DNA of 50,891 bases, filler included, from Dirinaria sp. TL-2023a (Eukaryota): assembly GCA_051941275.1 (NCBI GenBank). It is 3 parts of 3 records of this genome, joined end to end, with 100 filler letters (N's around TTAATTAATTAA, not from the genome) between each part and the next. Parts side by side here need not be neighbours in the genome. Positions count along the whole stretch, not along the records: positions 17,004 to 33,898 come from JAVEBF010000466.1; positions 33,999 to 50,891 come from JAVEBF010000467.1; 1 more part is not named here. The stretch is one strand, 5' to 3'. Within the stretch, counting starts at the first letter, position 1. Every line of letters begins with the position of its first letter. The notes under the pieces were generated by a model, which ran no database searches, was not told where the DNA came from, and saw nothing but the letters and a program-made list of their open reading frames with translations. The position numbers and the translations under genes were made by a program. Shown piece by piece: positions 23,001 through 35,249 of this stretch.

Positions 23001-24605
23001 TTGGGACATTGCTCGAGATCGGAAAGCGAGATCTCATTGGTAATGGGAGACTCGACATGAAGCCCTTCCTGGCTAACCGCAGCTATTGCTGTGTGGATAT
23101 CGACGGGCTTTGGAAGAGGACTCATGTCTTTAGAAGGTCAGTCCCGTATCCAGATAGCATCGAGCCATATTCATTGATCTGGTTCATTTATCTGACATAA
23201 CCAAAACAACAGTCTGATGCTTGCAACCTTGGAGCACTACAGCAAAGGACATATTTCCCCTCTACCCATGGAAATCTTCACCGCAGCCCAAACACAGGAT
23301 GCATTCCGAATGATGGAAAAGGGACAACATATCGGCAGAGTCGGGATTTCGATCCAGCACCTTGCGGAGGGGAACGACCAGGCATTTGAAACCACCAAGA
23401 GAACCCGACCGATCGCCTTCAATGGATCTGCATCGTACCTCTTAGTCGGCGGTCTTGGAGGTATCGGCCGCGCGCTATCCACATGGATGGTAGATCATGG
23501 CGCCCGCGAGCTGATCTACATATCCCGGAGTGCAGGCATTAGCAGCCAAGACGACACCTTCGTCAGGGAGCTCCAGAGCATGGAATGTGACGTAAAACTC
23601 ATACGTGGAGACGTGACGAAGCTCGATGACGTAGAGAGGGCTATCGCAGCAGCCACACATCCATTGAAAGGAATTTTACAGATGTCTATGGTGCTCGCCA
23701 ACGAAAACTTCTCCAAAATGTCTTTCGACGAATGGGTGGCATCGGTAAAGCCCAAAGTTCAGGGGACCTGGAACCTTCACAACGCTTCGGTAGCTGCAGG
23801 GGTCCATCTGGATTTCTTTGTACTGTTCAGCTCGCTGTCAGGCATTGTTGGACAACCTGGCCAAGCGAATTATGCCAGTGCAAACACCTTTTTGGAAGGG
23901 TTTGCTCGGTACCGTAACGGCTTAGGTCTTGCAGCATCGGTGGCTAGCATTGGCGCCGTCAAGGACATTGGATACATATCTGAGCACCATGGCCTGATGG
24001 GCAAAATGCAGAAGACCGGCTTCAAACCTGTTTCGGAGCAGGAGCTAATGGACGCAATGGCGTTGTCTATGATGGTCCACAACAAGCCTACCGGGGAAAC
24101 GCTTGCCGGCCCGTCATCGGACAATTTTCGATCCGTGGATACCAAGTCTTTTATGCTCGGACTAGCTTCGCGGATTCCGTTGAATGATCCCAGTAATTAC
24201 ATCGTATGGAAGAAAGATCGTCGCATGGCCGCATACCACATTAAAACGATGAGCAGCGCTGTAGCAGCCTCCACGGACACATTTAAGACATACTTGAAAA
24301 GCGTTCAGGCGGACCCTGCTATTCTCAAGTCGCCAGAAGCTTCGAAACTCTTCGCGCTCGAAATCGGCAGAAAGCTCTTCGAGCTGCTTCTCAAGCCTCA
24401 GGACGAGCTGAATACCACTTGGCCGTTGGTCGATCTGGGCCTGGACTCATTAGTGGCGCTCGAGCTGCGTGCATGGCTCAAGCAGGTTTTCTCCTTCGAC
24501 ATTCCCATGCTCGAGATGTTAGGGATGGGGTCTCTCGATATACTTGGGAAATATGCCGCAGACGAGCTGCACAGAATTGTAACTGGGAATAGCGATGGTA
24601 GTTGA
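17004..24605 (+). pseudogene. Highly reducing iterative type I PKS (KS-AT-DH-degenerate cMT-ER-KR-ACP), 5'-truncated by the contig edge, two nonsense codons; introns 17480-17535, 22280-22365, 22660-22723, 23137-23212
   Basis: GMACRLPGG, TACSS, HGTGT, GHTEAASG (KS); GHSSG, AYHS (AT); HDLLG, WIRDHRV (DH); LEIGTG (MT); LIHSACGGVG (ER); GGLGGIG, NYASAN (KR); GLDSL (ACP). TAG 17052-17054 and TGA 21434-21436 both fall at conserved Trp positions. Confidence 0.9.
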
Positions 24606-26415
24606 TCTCAACGAACTCCTTTGTAGACGTCACTCTGGCGGTCGATAGTTATGCTTCGGGGGTCGTGAGTGGAGCAGATTTTCGAGCACTGCGTAAGCGA
24701 CGATGGCGGGAAGCGACAATTCTCATTCTCTGACAGAGGGCTTCCTGCTTATCACCCACAATTAAGCAATTGCAGCACTTTTAGCGCAAGATATAGGAGA
24801 ATACAGAGAATTTCGTCGAGCAAATTCGTGATATGAATTTATGAGCAAGTAACTAAAATTGACCAACCACATCATATCTTTGCTTTCTGAATCCAGTGAA
24901 TAGACCGTCCTGCATCTTCGTGCAAAATTATCTCTTTCACTGCTCCTATGTATTGCAAAGTTATTAGCGCTCTCAGAAAATCAAATGCGTGGATATCATT
25001 TATCATAAGCTACGACTATATCTCCTTTTGTGAATCTACGAAGTGCGATGCGATTCAAAATTTTCCTAGTTCAACGAAGAGTTTGAATGAGTTATACGGA
25101 AATCTTGAGCGGATTATCATATCAAAAGCTTTTTAGACTGATGATTGCATATATATGTCTAGAAATTCTTGGTAGAATGATTAATTTCTCGAGAATCTTG
25201 AATTCTATATCAACAATTGCTCATACAATAGTAGTTCAAGACATGATTCTCCGAAGCAAAAATCATTGCAATAAATAGCGCTATCCCGCACACCTGCCCC
25301 AGAATTTCTGTTATCTAGCATCGCTTATCCCATCTAAGTGTACGAGCTATATCTGATATAAGTAGGTTGGGCGAAGAAATGTAATCGAGCGCTATATCGA
25401 TTGCGATATCAAGGAATTGAATGCGCAGAGGAAGACGCTGAGGGGAGTTCGTTTCTTGCTACTATATCTTCTCGCAAATACTGTCGACTGCATTCGAGTA
25501 GTTACTGCGGCTCCCAATGCTGTATAGACGTCTGGTCAAGTGGAGAGGCAATGACAGTAGCTTGTCATCCAGACATATGAGACGGGGACGACAAAGAGAA
25601 ATCACCTGAAGATTCGGTGAACAATTCGAGGTGGTACCGACGCGTATGTCGTGACTGCACGTATGTCATAATATTTAAATACTATTCTTCGATCATGCTC
25701 AATCCTGCGATCGATAGATATTTCCTCATTCGTTCTATCTCGCAAAGAGTTTCTGAATCTTAATGTAAAGCTGTGGAAAGAGTGATCGCATTTGACCAAA
25801 TCACCCTTAGCGGAAAATGTGAAGTTATGAACGTCTCTTTCAAACGATAATGGAACGAAAATTCTAAGAGTGCGTGTGATATTGGCATTGACATTGCTGT
25901 GATGAATTATCATGAATACATACTATGAGCAAGTATTACTTTGCTAGTCTTCTTCACTACCACTAATAGACAACTAGCAAGCTAAGTTACTTTACACTCC
26001 TGGAAAAAATAAGTCGTTCGATTAGCTTTAAAGGATCCTTACTCTCCTATACCATCACTTGGATTTGGACAAAAAAAAAGGACCCATTTGGAACTTTCAG
26101 GGACTATACCATGCATCAGCTGATTGAACATTTCAAGGGCTTCCGATTTCTTTGCTGTAGTGGGCTAGAAGGTCAGCTGGTGGATGCTGCGAGGAGGTTA
26201 ATCGGAACCAACTGGAGACACTCAACTCTAGAGGCAGCGCAAAAATTGAAGGATACCGTGTACACGTTCCTTCCGGACATGGGATACTGTACACGCAATG
26301 TTCTTTTTATGATATGGGTCAATTTGCAACAATATCGCTCGTGGGATCTCGAAAGGAATTTAGCAGCCCAACTGCTCAGCCGCACCAGTATTTATCCTCA
26401 AACATTCACGCCCGC

Positions 26416-28314
26416 CTACTTGAGCTTTTCATCAAACGCCGTCTCCCGGAGACTTCCTTGAGGACTGTTGGTGGCCTCGTCGCTCCCAATCCTTCTCCCC
26501 TGCGCATCATGCTCCTGGTCCCACGCGCTCAGCTCCTCTAATGGCAATTTGACCAGCTTGTGCGTCACCTCCCCAGCTTCGAGCACCAATCTCACTTGTC
26601 GTAGGCGGTAATGTCCAAAGTAGGGTAGGATCCACACCCAGCATGCATAATAGATTGCGCAAGCGATTAGACTACGGTGATGATTAGATCAAATGATGGA
26701 CGGAGTAGAGAAAAAAGACTTACATTCCGATCCCAGTCACGACATAAGTCGCGTACCAGAAACTTACGTCTCCACCATCTTTCCCGCCGGGCGGCGGATA
26801 CCACGGCATGACCAGCAGGTAGAAGTTGATCAAGATCGTGATCAAGACCGCGACTTCCCAAGCGCGGAACCCGCCCTCGCGGCTCTTCAGGCGTGGAAGC
26901 CCGAGCTTTCGTCGTCGATAGCGCACAGAATACAGCCCGATTGCCATTAAGAGGTAGAAAAAGGAAGTGGGGTATTGGTTCAGATCCACGACGAAGTTGA
27001 ATGCGTCGCCCGCGGGTGGGGCTAGAATTAGAAGGATCGTCAAGGTCCATTTGAGAGCGTAGGGTCCAAGAGGAGTACCGAAGGGGCGGGTGGAGACCCA
27101 GAAAGAAGGAAAGGGTAGTGTGCCTTGTCTGTTACGGTTGTCAGCGAAGGGTCGGTGTGAGGGTTGGCAGATGATGAGAGATATGCTTACCGGCCGCATT
27201 CTCTGATAAGTCGGCTTTGGCCGATCAAGACAGCAACGAGATTCCCAAAAGCACTCAACGCGATGAGGAAATTCAGACCTTTCACCGCTCTCCCGGTTCC
27301 GAAAACATTCTCAAAGAACAGACTCGCCGCTATCTGCTTCGACTTCTTCAAATCTGCCTTAGGCACCGCGGAAAAGTAGGCGATGTTTGCCAGCATATAG
27401 AGAATGGCGACAATGAAGAGCGATAATCCGCCCGAATTCCGAATCGAGCGCACCGGGTTCTTCACCTCATTAACAACATTGAATGCATTCTCGTAGCCTT
27501 GATAGGAAAAAATAATCTTCACGAGACCATTGGTGATGCCATATGCAGATGAGGTGGTATCGTCAAATGCATTCTGGAAATTGGCTGTGGGGTTCTGAAC
27601 CGATGTGTGGCCACCAAGCACGACAAGGCCTGTAATAGCGACAAATACCAACGTGAGCAGCTTCACAATACCGATGGCATTGGAGAGATGATAGGAGAAG
27701 CGCGTCTGGAAGGCCAGGAGTAGAACTGCGACAGTGTAGCCTGCAACGGCTACGCCTTTAAGCTCCCACGCTGTCGGACTATGGCCGTTTATGCGAAAAA
27801 GATATTGTGCAAGGACGATGGCATTGGAGGAGCTGAAAGACAAAGCAACCGTCTGCACTGCGAAAGTGACCGGGAAAAGATAGCGCGGGCGCGGGAAAGC
27901 TTGCTCCAAGTACACGACTTCGCTGCCGGAACGGTTTGGAAAGTAAGACGCGAATTCCAGATAGACCGAGAGCGAGGAGGCGGCGATCAGGAAGCCGAAG
28001 AACCAATACATGAGTGAAAGGCCAACGCTACCGGTGTTCGTCAAGACGGAGGCCGGCGTGGAATACACGCCAGTACCAACCATTTTAGAGAGATTCAAGA
28101 AGACGATGGTGATAGGTCCTACATGGTAGCCTAGCGTTGAATGTTTTTCGATAGGGGCACCTGAGGCCTCTTGATAAGATGGATTGCTATTATTTTCGCC
28201 TTTCTCGAGAGCAAATTGAAGACCGCCTTCAGAGACGAAAGCGGTTTCGCTTTGATTAGCCTGATCATATGTCGGAAGAGACGCTGCGCGATGCCTCCAT
28301 GGAAGAGACGCCAT
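26416..28314 (-). CDS. MUP1: High-affinity methionine permease-like APC amino-acid transporter; 2 introns (~27191-27132, ~26724-26669)
   Basis: YQEASGAPIE, MVGTGVYSTPASV, PNRSGSEVVYLEQAFPRP, FSYQGYENAFNVVNEVKNP, RECGRQGTLP; many hydrophobic segments. Confidence 0.88.
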
Positions 28315-28439
28315 CAGGCAAAACTTGCTAGAAAGCTTCAAGACGGTGTTGGTCCAGGGAGCGATGGCAGATCAAAACCGCAGCTAAGTCGAGAACATGC
28401 AGAAGTTATAGCTCGCTGAGTATTCGGACAATTGCTGGA

Positions 28440-28708
28440 TTGGCGTCATCTAACCACGCGATGGTGAAGTGGAACACCAGGGAGTGCTAATTGTCGATCG
28501 CCGCTCTAAGTATATTGCCATGTCGTATAGAGCAGAGCGTTCTTGTCCTCCCTTGAAAGATCTGAGGTACCTCTATCTCTCCAGCCGTGCATATCGATGG
28601 CGCAATTCGCGGGACATGCAGGACCGTCATTCCTTTCTAGGAAGGTATGCTTGTTGTACGCTGTCGGCACAACAGATGTTTCGTGATTGGCAAAACAAAT
28701 TGCGCCAT
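28440..28708. promoter_or_regulatory. Three CYS-3/MetR-like bZIP sites upstream of the permease
   Basis: TTGGCGTCAT 28440-28449, ATGGCGCAAT 28597-28606 and ATTGCGCCAT 28699-28708, each 9/10 to the ATGRYRYCAT consensus. Confidence 0.55.
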
Positions 28709-28991
28709 TGGCCATAGATAGCAGAAACATCCAAGTAGTCGCACCATGTTAGATTATTAATATTAGCAAAAATCACGGAACAGCAGGGACCAGTGAATAA
28801 ATAAAACTAAAGCTGACAATAGAATTGTCGTAAGCGCTCAACAACTAATCTAGAGTGTGCCAAACAAAGCTGCTTGTAATTTAGCGCGTACGCTGTCGTT
28901 CTATTTCTTGAGGTTTGAAGATTCCATGGAACGTGTTCGGTTATGCCCGAAATAATCGAGCAGAATTTGAGCTACCTCGCGACGCCTAAAG

Positions 28992-30336
28992 TCAAGATGC
29001 GCTCTTCTCCGTGCCATTGCTGGCGCTCCTGACATATGGCTCAGGAGGAAATACTTCATCATCGGGGTTCGCATCACCGTAAAGCTGAGTCCATTTAGCC
29101 TTGAGTTGTTCTGGTGTCTCCCAAGCATTCTCGGGATCCCGGAGCCAAAGTCTGAGAAGATGGCGCCTAAAATGGACGCAGTCAGCTATTCAGAAAGGCG
29201 GTAGGAACTTATTGTACAGCACACTTACTGCTGTTCTGCGCTGTCTGTGAACCCATCGCGCGCGTGGAATATCGCTAGGTTGTTCACAAATTGTACATCA
29301 CCCTGTCGAAAGTCTAGGCCAATATTAAATCGCTCGCCCAGAAAATGAATTGCGTCAAGTGCTTCTGCTTGAGCTTCCGTGATGGGAGGAATGTCTCTCG
29401 AACGAGGTAGCGCCCCAAAACCTGTAAAAGTTCTGCGCGCATACTGCAGTATGACCCGCTCGGGTGATTCGGCCGTTGACGGTTGATAGAAAAGTAACGG
29501 CTTGGTTGTATATGCCTTTTTAGGATCGCCAAAGTTATCGGCGACCCAGTCCTCCGACAGTGTTTTGATTAAATCGGGTCGAGTCGCGGCCAACTCGTTG
29601 TACACCCTCCACGAACTCGCCAACCGACTTTTCCCACCCTCTGCAGCTGTACTGAGAGCAAACAAGGAGACGATATCACCAATGTCCGTATGGTACACCT
29701 GCTTATCGGTGGTATATGCCGGTGATCCAATGTGCTCTTTCTCGTGGCCCGTGCTCAGATCCTTGATGTGAGCCAGAACCACGGATGCTGGTCTCCCATC
29801 ATACCGAGTATCCTGACGTCCACGTAAACGAGAAATATGAGACGCGAGCCCCGTGTAGATAATTATATTGTCCTCGCGGGAATATCGTTCCACTGGAAGG
29901 CCTCGAATAACCTTGAACCCATGGCCAGAATGAAGTTCTCGAGAGACGTCCCGAAGGACATCATGCAAGGTTGGTAGAGGAAAAGTTTCCTGACTAATGT
30001 AGCCCAAGGGTTTCTCCGATGCTGATCCATCATCAGCACAGAGTGCACTAGGCACAGGACCAATAGGTGCTAACATTTGAAGTGCCTCAATGCCTGTTCC
30101 AGTTCCTCGACTTCTGACTCAGAGAGCACGTATGTCCAGTCGTACTTCTCTTTCAGTTCTTCGCCCTCCCAGACGAGGTCTGACACTAGTTGCTGTGGAA
30201 AGCCAGGCGGCAAGCCGATTTGACCTAAGGATTCATTCTGTAGGCGCGCTTTTGTTCGAGTCTGATACTTCTGGAAGTCTGGCTTATAGTCAATGTCTGG
30301 TTGTCGAGCAATTGTCTCGGTCGCGATCGAGCCCAT
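28992..30336 (-). CDS. TauD/TfdA (clavaminate synthase-like) Fe(II)/2-oxoglutarate dioxygenase; 2 introns
   Basis: QPDIDY, LPPGFP..LVWEG, facial triad YHTD...FHARDGF, last exon RHLLRLWLRD. Confidence 0.9.
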
Positions 30337-30745
30337 GACAACTGAAAGCCGAGCTTGACGGTAAAAAAAGGATGGATTACCTTTCAGTCTGTAGCAGATT
30401 TTGTCCATGCAAAGGTCCTCGCGCCATTGAAGTCTGAAATGACGTGTTCATTGCGGGGTTACCAGACAAACACCGCACACGAGAAGAGAATGTGTTCATT
30501 GTGCAGAAGGATTCCATCACTCGACAAGATTATGTCATCGAGACCTGCTCAATTGCAGGACATGGTGAGTAGGAAAGTCTGTTGGAAAGATTAAGGTAAA
30601 AGAAGTTCTTGTCACCGGTTGACCAGGCAACATCCACGCGGGTCACCAGTCTCGGCACTCTTTCCTGATCGGATTTAGCGTTAACACCGAACTCCCACAG
30701 CATCGCTGGCTCCTCCCCTTTCCCATCGACATTCAATAAGATGAT

Positions 30746-31162
30746 ATGATTGTTTCACTCCGCAGCCAATCCGAGGTAAGCCTCAGAACTTGCAATCGAA
30801 TGATAAATTACTATTGTTAACACGGCTCAGGTGCTCGAGCGTATTTCTTCAAGGCTCTCCTACACGATTTCGATGATGCAGCGAGCCGGTGTCTGCTGGG
30901 CAATGCAGTGGAAGCTATGAGCCCAGTGTCCTCGATCCTGATTGATGATTGGGTTCTCCCAGACGAGCGCGCCCCTGTAGCTGGGGGTACGTATGATCTG
31001 ATGATGTTGATACTTGTGTCTGGAATGGAGAGGACGGAGAGCCAGTGGAAGGCTCTCCTCCATTCCGTTGGGTTGGATGTTAAGAAGATTTGGCGAATGG
31101 ACCATGTAGGTGAGGCAGTGATTGAGGCCAAGAAGCGGTATCCAAATCAAGGGTACCGGTGA
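30746..31162 (+). pseudogene. O-methyltransferase (Methyltransf_2 type) C-terminal remnant
   Basis: YDCFTPQPIR/GARAYFFKALLHDFDD...ILIDDWVLP...DLMML...GMERTESQW with one clean intron. It is preceded directly by a stop, and no upstream DVGGG or dimerisation exon was found. Confidence 0.75.
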
Positions 31163-32102
31163 AGGCATAGATCTACATTTTTTATTTTTTTTGGTTGTCC
31201 ACGATGCGTGACGGCAGATTTGGCATGCTGTTCGCAAGCTGAGAATAGTACGACGACAAAGCACCAAGTGTCAATTATGCTCGAAACGCTAGACTAGAGT
31301 CTTTACCATGTCCTCAACCATTGACTAAATCACATGGTGCTTTTGATCGGCGACTAAAAGGCGACAAAGTCGAAGAATATGAAGTCACAGCACAAGGCGT
31401 ACGTTCACTACGCGCGGAAAATCCATCGAGCCAGACGAATAAGATGAAATAACCTTAGGGCTGTTCCAGCAGGATATCCCATGTTCCTAATTATGAGTCA
31501 CAATTTCTTCTCTTTGTCTGATTGACGGATTTTGATTTTCCATATTCAAGTCCGATAGGATTGGGCTTAACCCTGGCCGAGGTCGCTAGCTGCATCGACC
31601 CTTGGGCAAATCAGCGCTTCCAGCGCTTCTCTAACACCGTGAAAAAGCAGTTTCCGTGCAGGTGATTTCAGGTGCAGCAAGCCTGTCGGAATATCGAAGC
31701 CAACCGCTGTCGAAGCGTATTCAGTCCAATGGCTCAACGAAACCCCACATTCAACTCGAGCTATGTGACATGGCCGTCGATCTGTCCCTTATCCACGACG
31801 ATGGATTATAAATGTTTCGATTGACTGCGTACGAAAGATTACAATCCTTCCAAGCGATACATAGTTGCCAGTGGACTAGGATGCAATTCCAGGATTTGGC
31901 TTGGGGCCTAGGACATAGATATAATACAGTAAACGCCGAAAAAGCTGCATCTTAAGGTTTCGAGGATTCAATCATCTGCGTGCTGGGAGTTGCGAATGTG
32001 AATAGGGTGGCAAGCAGGCTTAGAGCACAGTATATTAATCGAGGAATCTGCACTGTCCTCTCAACGCTCTTAGACCTCGCCTCAATTCTGCTCGAATATA
32101 TT

Positions 32103-33432
32103 ATGGCTACTCACACTGGACTGACGGCCGCTGTGCTGGATTACAGGGCTCCGGAGGGGGTGGCGGTAGGATTCGAGGTCCGGCCAGATCGTGCCAATTT
32201 TGCGGACCCAACGAAGAAGTCGCTCTTATCGGGTGCAAGCAAAGTCGATGATTTGACACCATATATTGGGACACAACTTCATGGTCTGCAACTTTCCCAA
32301 TTGACCGACGTTCAGAAGGATGAGTTGGCCCTTCTCGTCGCCGAGGTAGTCTCAACGATCCCTTCTCTGATCAATCCAAAAGCTGATAATTTCCCAGCGT
32401 GGGGTGGTCTTCCTCCGAGACCAGGATCTAACCCTTGACCAGCAATATGATCTGACCACGCACTATGGCGATGTAAGTGCGCACGTGACAACCGAGGCCT
32501 TTCTGGGATTGAAGATATCTGTCGTAGCAAGACCGCGACCCTTATCAGCTCGATCCCAAACATGTCACCATCATCGGACGCGATATGTCAGTACCACGCC
32601 TGCCACGTGTAGAGGATTTGACTGAAGTGACAGTGATCGAGGATATGCCAACTTTGGCGCTGATTTCCACAACGACCATTCTTTCGAGGCAAATCCGCCT
32701 GCGTATACCATGCTCCGTATGGTCAAGGCTCCGCCAACAGGCGGGGATACGATTTGGACGAGCCAGGTTGCCTTGTTTGACAAGCTGAGTCCAGCCCTTC
32801 AACAATTATTCGAGGGTCTTCATGGTGTCCACAGCTCCGAGGTAGGGACTCCAAGTCTGGTGCTCTTCTTCTTCGCTCTCCTTTCAAACTGAACGATGGA
32901 TACGATAGGCATCATATATCAACGCAATCAATGGTGGAGGCCAGTCATTCAGACCTCCCGTACGTCGAGATCATCCACTGGTACATCTCTCCTGCTCAAC
33001 GTGGAAAACCACACCCCCTAAATCAGTGCATAGGTTCGGACACATCCCGTCACCAAACTCAAATCTCTGTTCTATAATCCGACCGTAATGATCCACATCA
33101 AGGAGCTCAAGGCTCAAGAGGGCGAGCACTTGCTGTCCTTCCTGCGCGACCATATGCACAGCGCCGATGATCTATCGGTCCGTTGGAGGTGGGAGCCCGG
33201 GTCGATCGCTATTTGGGATAATCGCACAGTGGCCCATCGAGCGGTGCCGGGAGGATACGACAAGACTTTACGAGAGGGGAAGCGCACGGCCATCTTCGGC
33301 GAACGACCTGCGTATGATCCCACTGGGCAGAGCTGGAGCGAGCGATACCAAAATGACGCCGCCAAAGCGCACAGCGTAAACAGCGGCCAAGAAGGCTTTG
33401 ATTACGCCCGAGTGGACAGCAACGCTCAGTGA
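32103..33432 (+). CDS. TauD-family alpha-ketoglutarate-dependent sulfonate/taurine dioxygenase; 5 introns
   Basis: LTPYIGT, ELALLVAE/RGVVFLRDQ, FHNDHSFEANPP, GGDTIW, HPL/VRTHPVT, IWDNRTVAHRA. Confidence 0.92.
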
Positions 33433-33898
33433 GTATCGTGGAAGAATTGGCTGGGCTTTCCTCTACCTCTGTTGGCAATGCCAAGTGCGCAGTAAATATT
33501 GACGACCAAGAACGACGCCACTCTATCAACAGCTCCTAGCCACATCTAATATCAGCGCTTGACGGGCGCTTCTTAAGAAGGAAGAAATGTTGATCAATTT
33601 CATGTAGCCCTGGGGCAAGTCCTTGTTCACCAAAGCTTTGCAGTAATCAGCTTCTCCTGTAGATCAGCCTATGAGATTCCCATGTACTTGCTTGGAGATG
33701 AATGGTCTTTTGCATTCAATGACCTAGAAGTACTGTACTGTAGACTCTAGAGGCCGTTACTTGCTTTACGCTTGCCGCCGCATAGTATGATTGATGTACA
33801 TGTTTTTTGTGAGTAGGTACTTGATCCAGCAGGGGTTCTCAGGCGGGGTCAACTGGGAACGGGTGGCTCGGGTGGCTTCCATGGGCTCGGGTTTTAGC

Positions 33899-33998
33899 NN
33901 NNNNNNNNNNNNNNNNNNNNNNNNNNNNNNNNNNNNNNNNNNTTAATTAATTAANNNNNNNNNNNNNNNNNNNNNNNNNNNNNNNNNNNNNNNNNNNN
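33899..33998. other. Artificial contig spacer
   Basis: 44 N + TTAATTAATTAA + 44 N, identical to the first spacer. Confidence 0.98.

Positions 33999-34049
<51 letters not shown>
33999..34049 (+). repeat. Poly(A) run at contig start
   Basis: 51 consecutive A; the likely cause of the assembly break. Confidence 0.9.
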
Positions 34050-34053
<4 letters not shown>

Positions 34054-35249
34054 ACACGCTAGCAGCTAGTATCATAAACTCACTATCCAAAAACCCCCAA
34101 ACACCAGCAAAAGCCCCAGTCCTTATTCAACAGGCAGACAGTGCCATACTTTCCTTGCGGCATACATATTCTCTATGTTGAGCGCCCACGATTACGAAAA
34201 CCCCTGTTCCTGGCAAATGGTACCCTGTACTAAAAGTGCCTCCTCACATTCACCCATTTCTGCATTTATAACAACGGATTTCTGTTCTGGCTCAAGCTCA
34301 TCGGTCAGCAAGTCTACTACAACCTCCCCTCTTTCACCTCCCCCCAACCTTCTTTCCAGCAGCAGACCACAATAAATGCGCCTATGGAACCTATCAGATA
34401 CCATATCCAAATGCGCTCTATCCCGTACCCAAACAGGGTATTCGTTTCAGGCGTCCCCACTTTAGGTTCTGTACGAAACCAATAATGAGTTGCTTCCAGA
34501 AAGTGCGATCATGATAAATGAAACGGAATAAAGATGGATTGGTACGCCATGAAAACCCCATTTTCGAATAGCTAGGTATGTATGTATAAAGCGGTAGAGA
34601 GGTAATTGCTGTATTACGGGAAAGAGAATCCCGGCCCAGAAACTCGTTCCACCACCTCCGAGCAGATTTGAGACGCTTTGGAGATAAGGAGTTTGATGCA
34701 GGTAATCATCTTTCGTGTACAATTTGAAGGCAAGTAGCAGCGAGTATTATTAGAGGCAGCTGAATAGATTAGATAGCAGGAATATTGAACCCCTGTGGTA
34801 AAGTCTTTGCGATGCAGCTCAGGCGAAAGCGTGAATTACTCTTACTGGTATGAGTTGTTGGAATTGAAAATGGAAAACGATCCGAATATAATTTTAGCGT
34901 ACGTTATTTGAAGCTGACTGAAGATAGGCCACATGGATGCGTAGACGGTCCCCCACTGTCTACTGTAAATGCAGATGCCATCTCAACTCTTTGAAGCGAA
35001 GAGTGAGGGATCAGGTAATAGTGTCAAGGTAAAGGAGCATGATAACGGCGCAAATACTATTGTAAGCACTTTGAGAGCGCCGCCAGCCCTCTAGAATGGA
35101 CAGTAACGTCGTGCAAACCGTCAATTCGTAAAAAAAAAAAATCTCCACAATACTAAAATGCGTAGATGCGTCTAGTATTCATAATTCGAAGCGCTCCGAA
35201 ATAAGGGTATCTGCTCTTAATGGGTATCATCTCGAATGCCAAAACGTAC

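Noticed and set aside
30530..30736. Inverted N-terminal half of the O-methyltransferase (VDVAWSTG resembling VDVGGSTG)
   Set aside because: No following LQDLP-type motif or other OMT similarity; probably coincidental.
34100..34722. Small minus-strand ORFs near the start of contig 3
   Set aside because: No consistent spliced model or recognisable domain.
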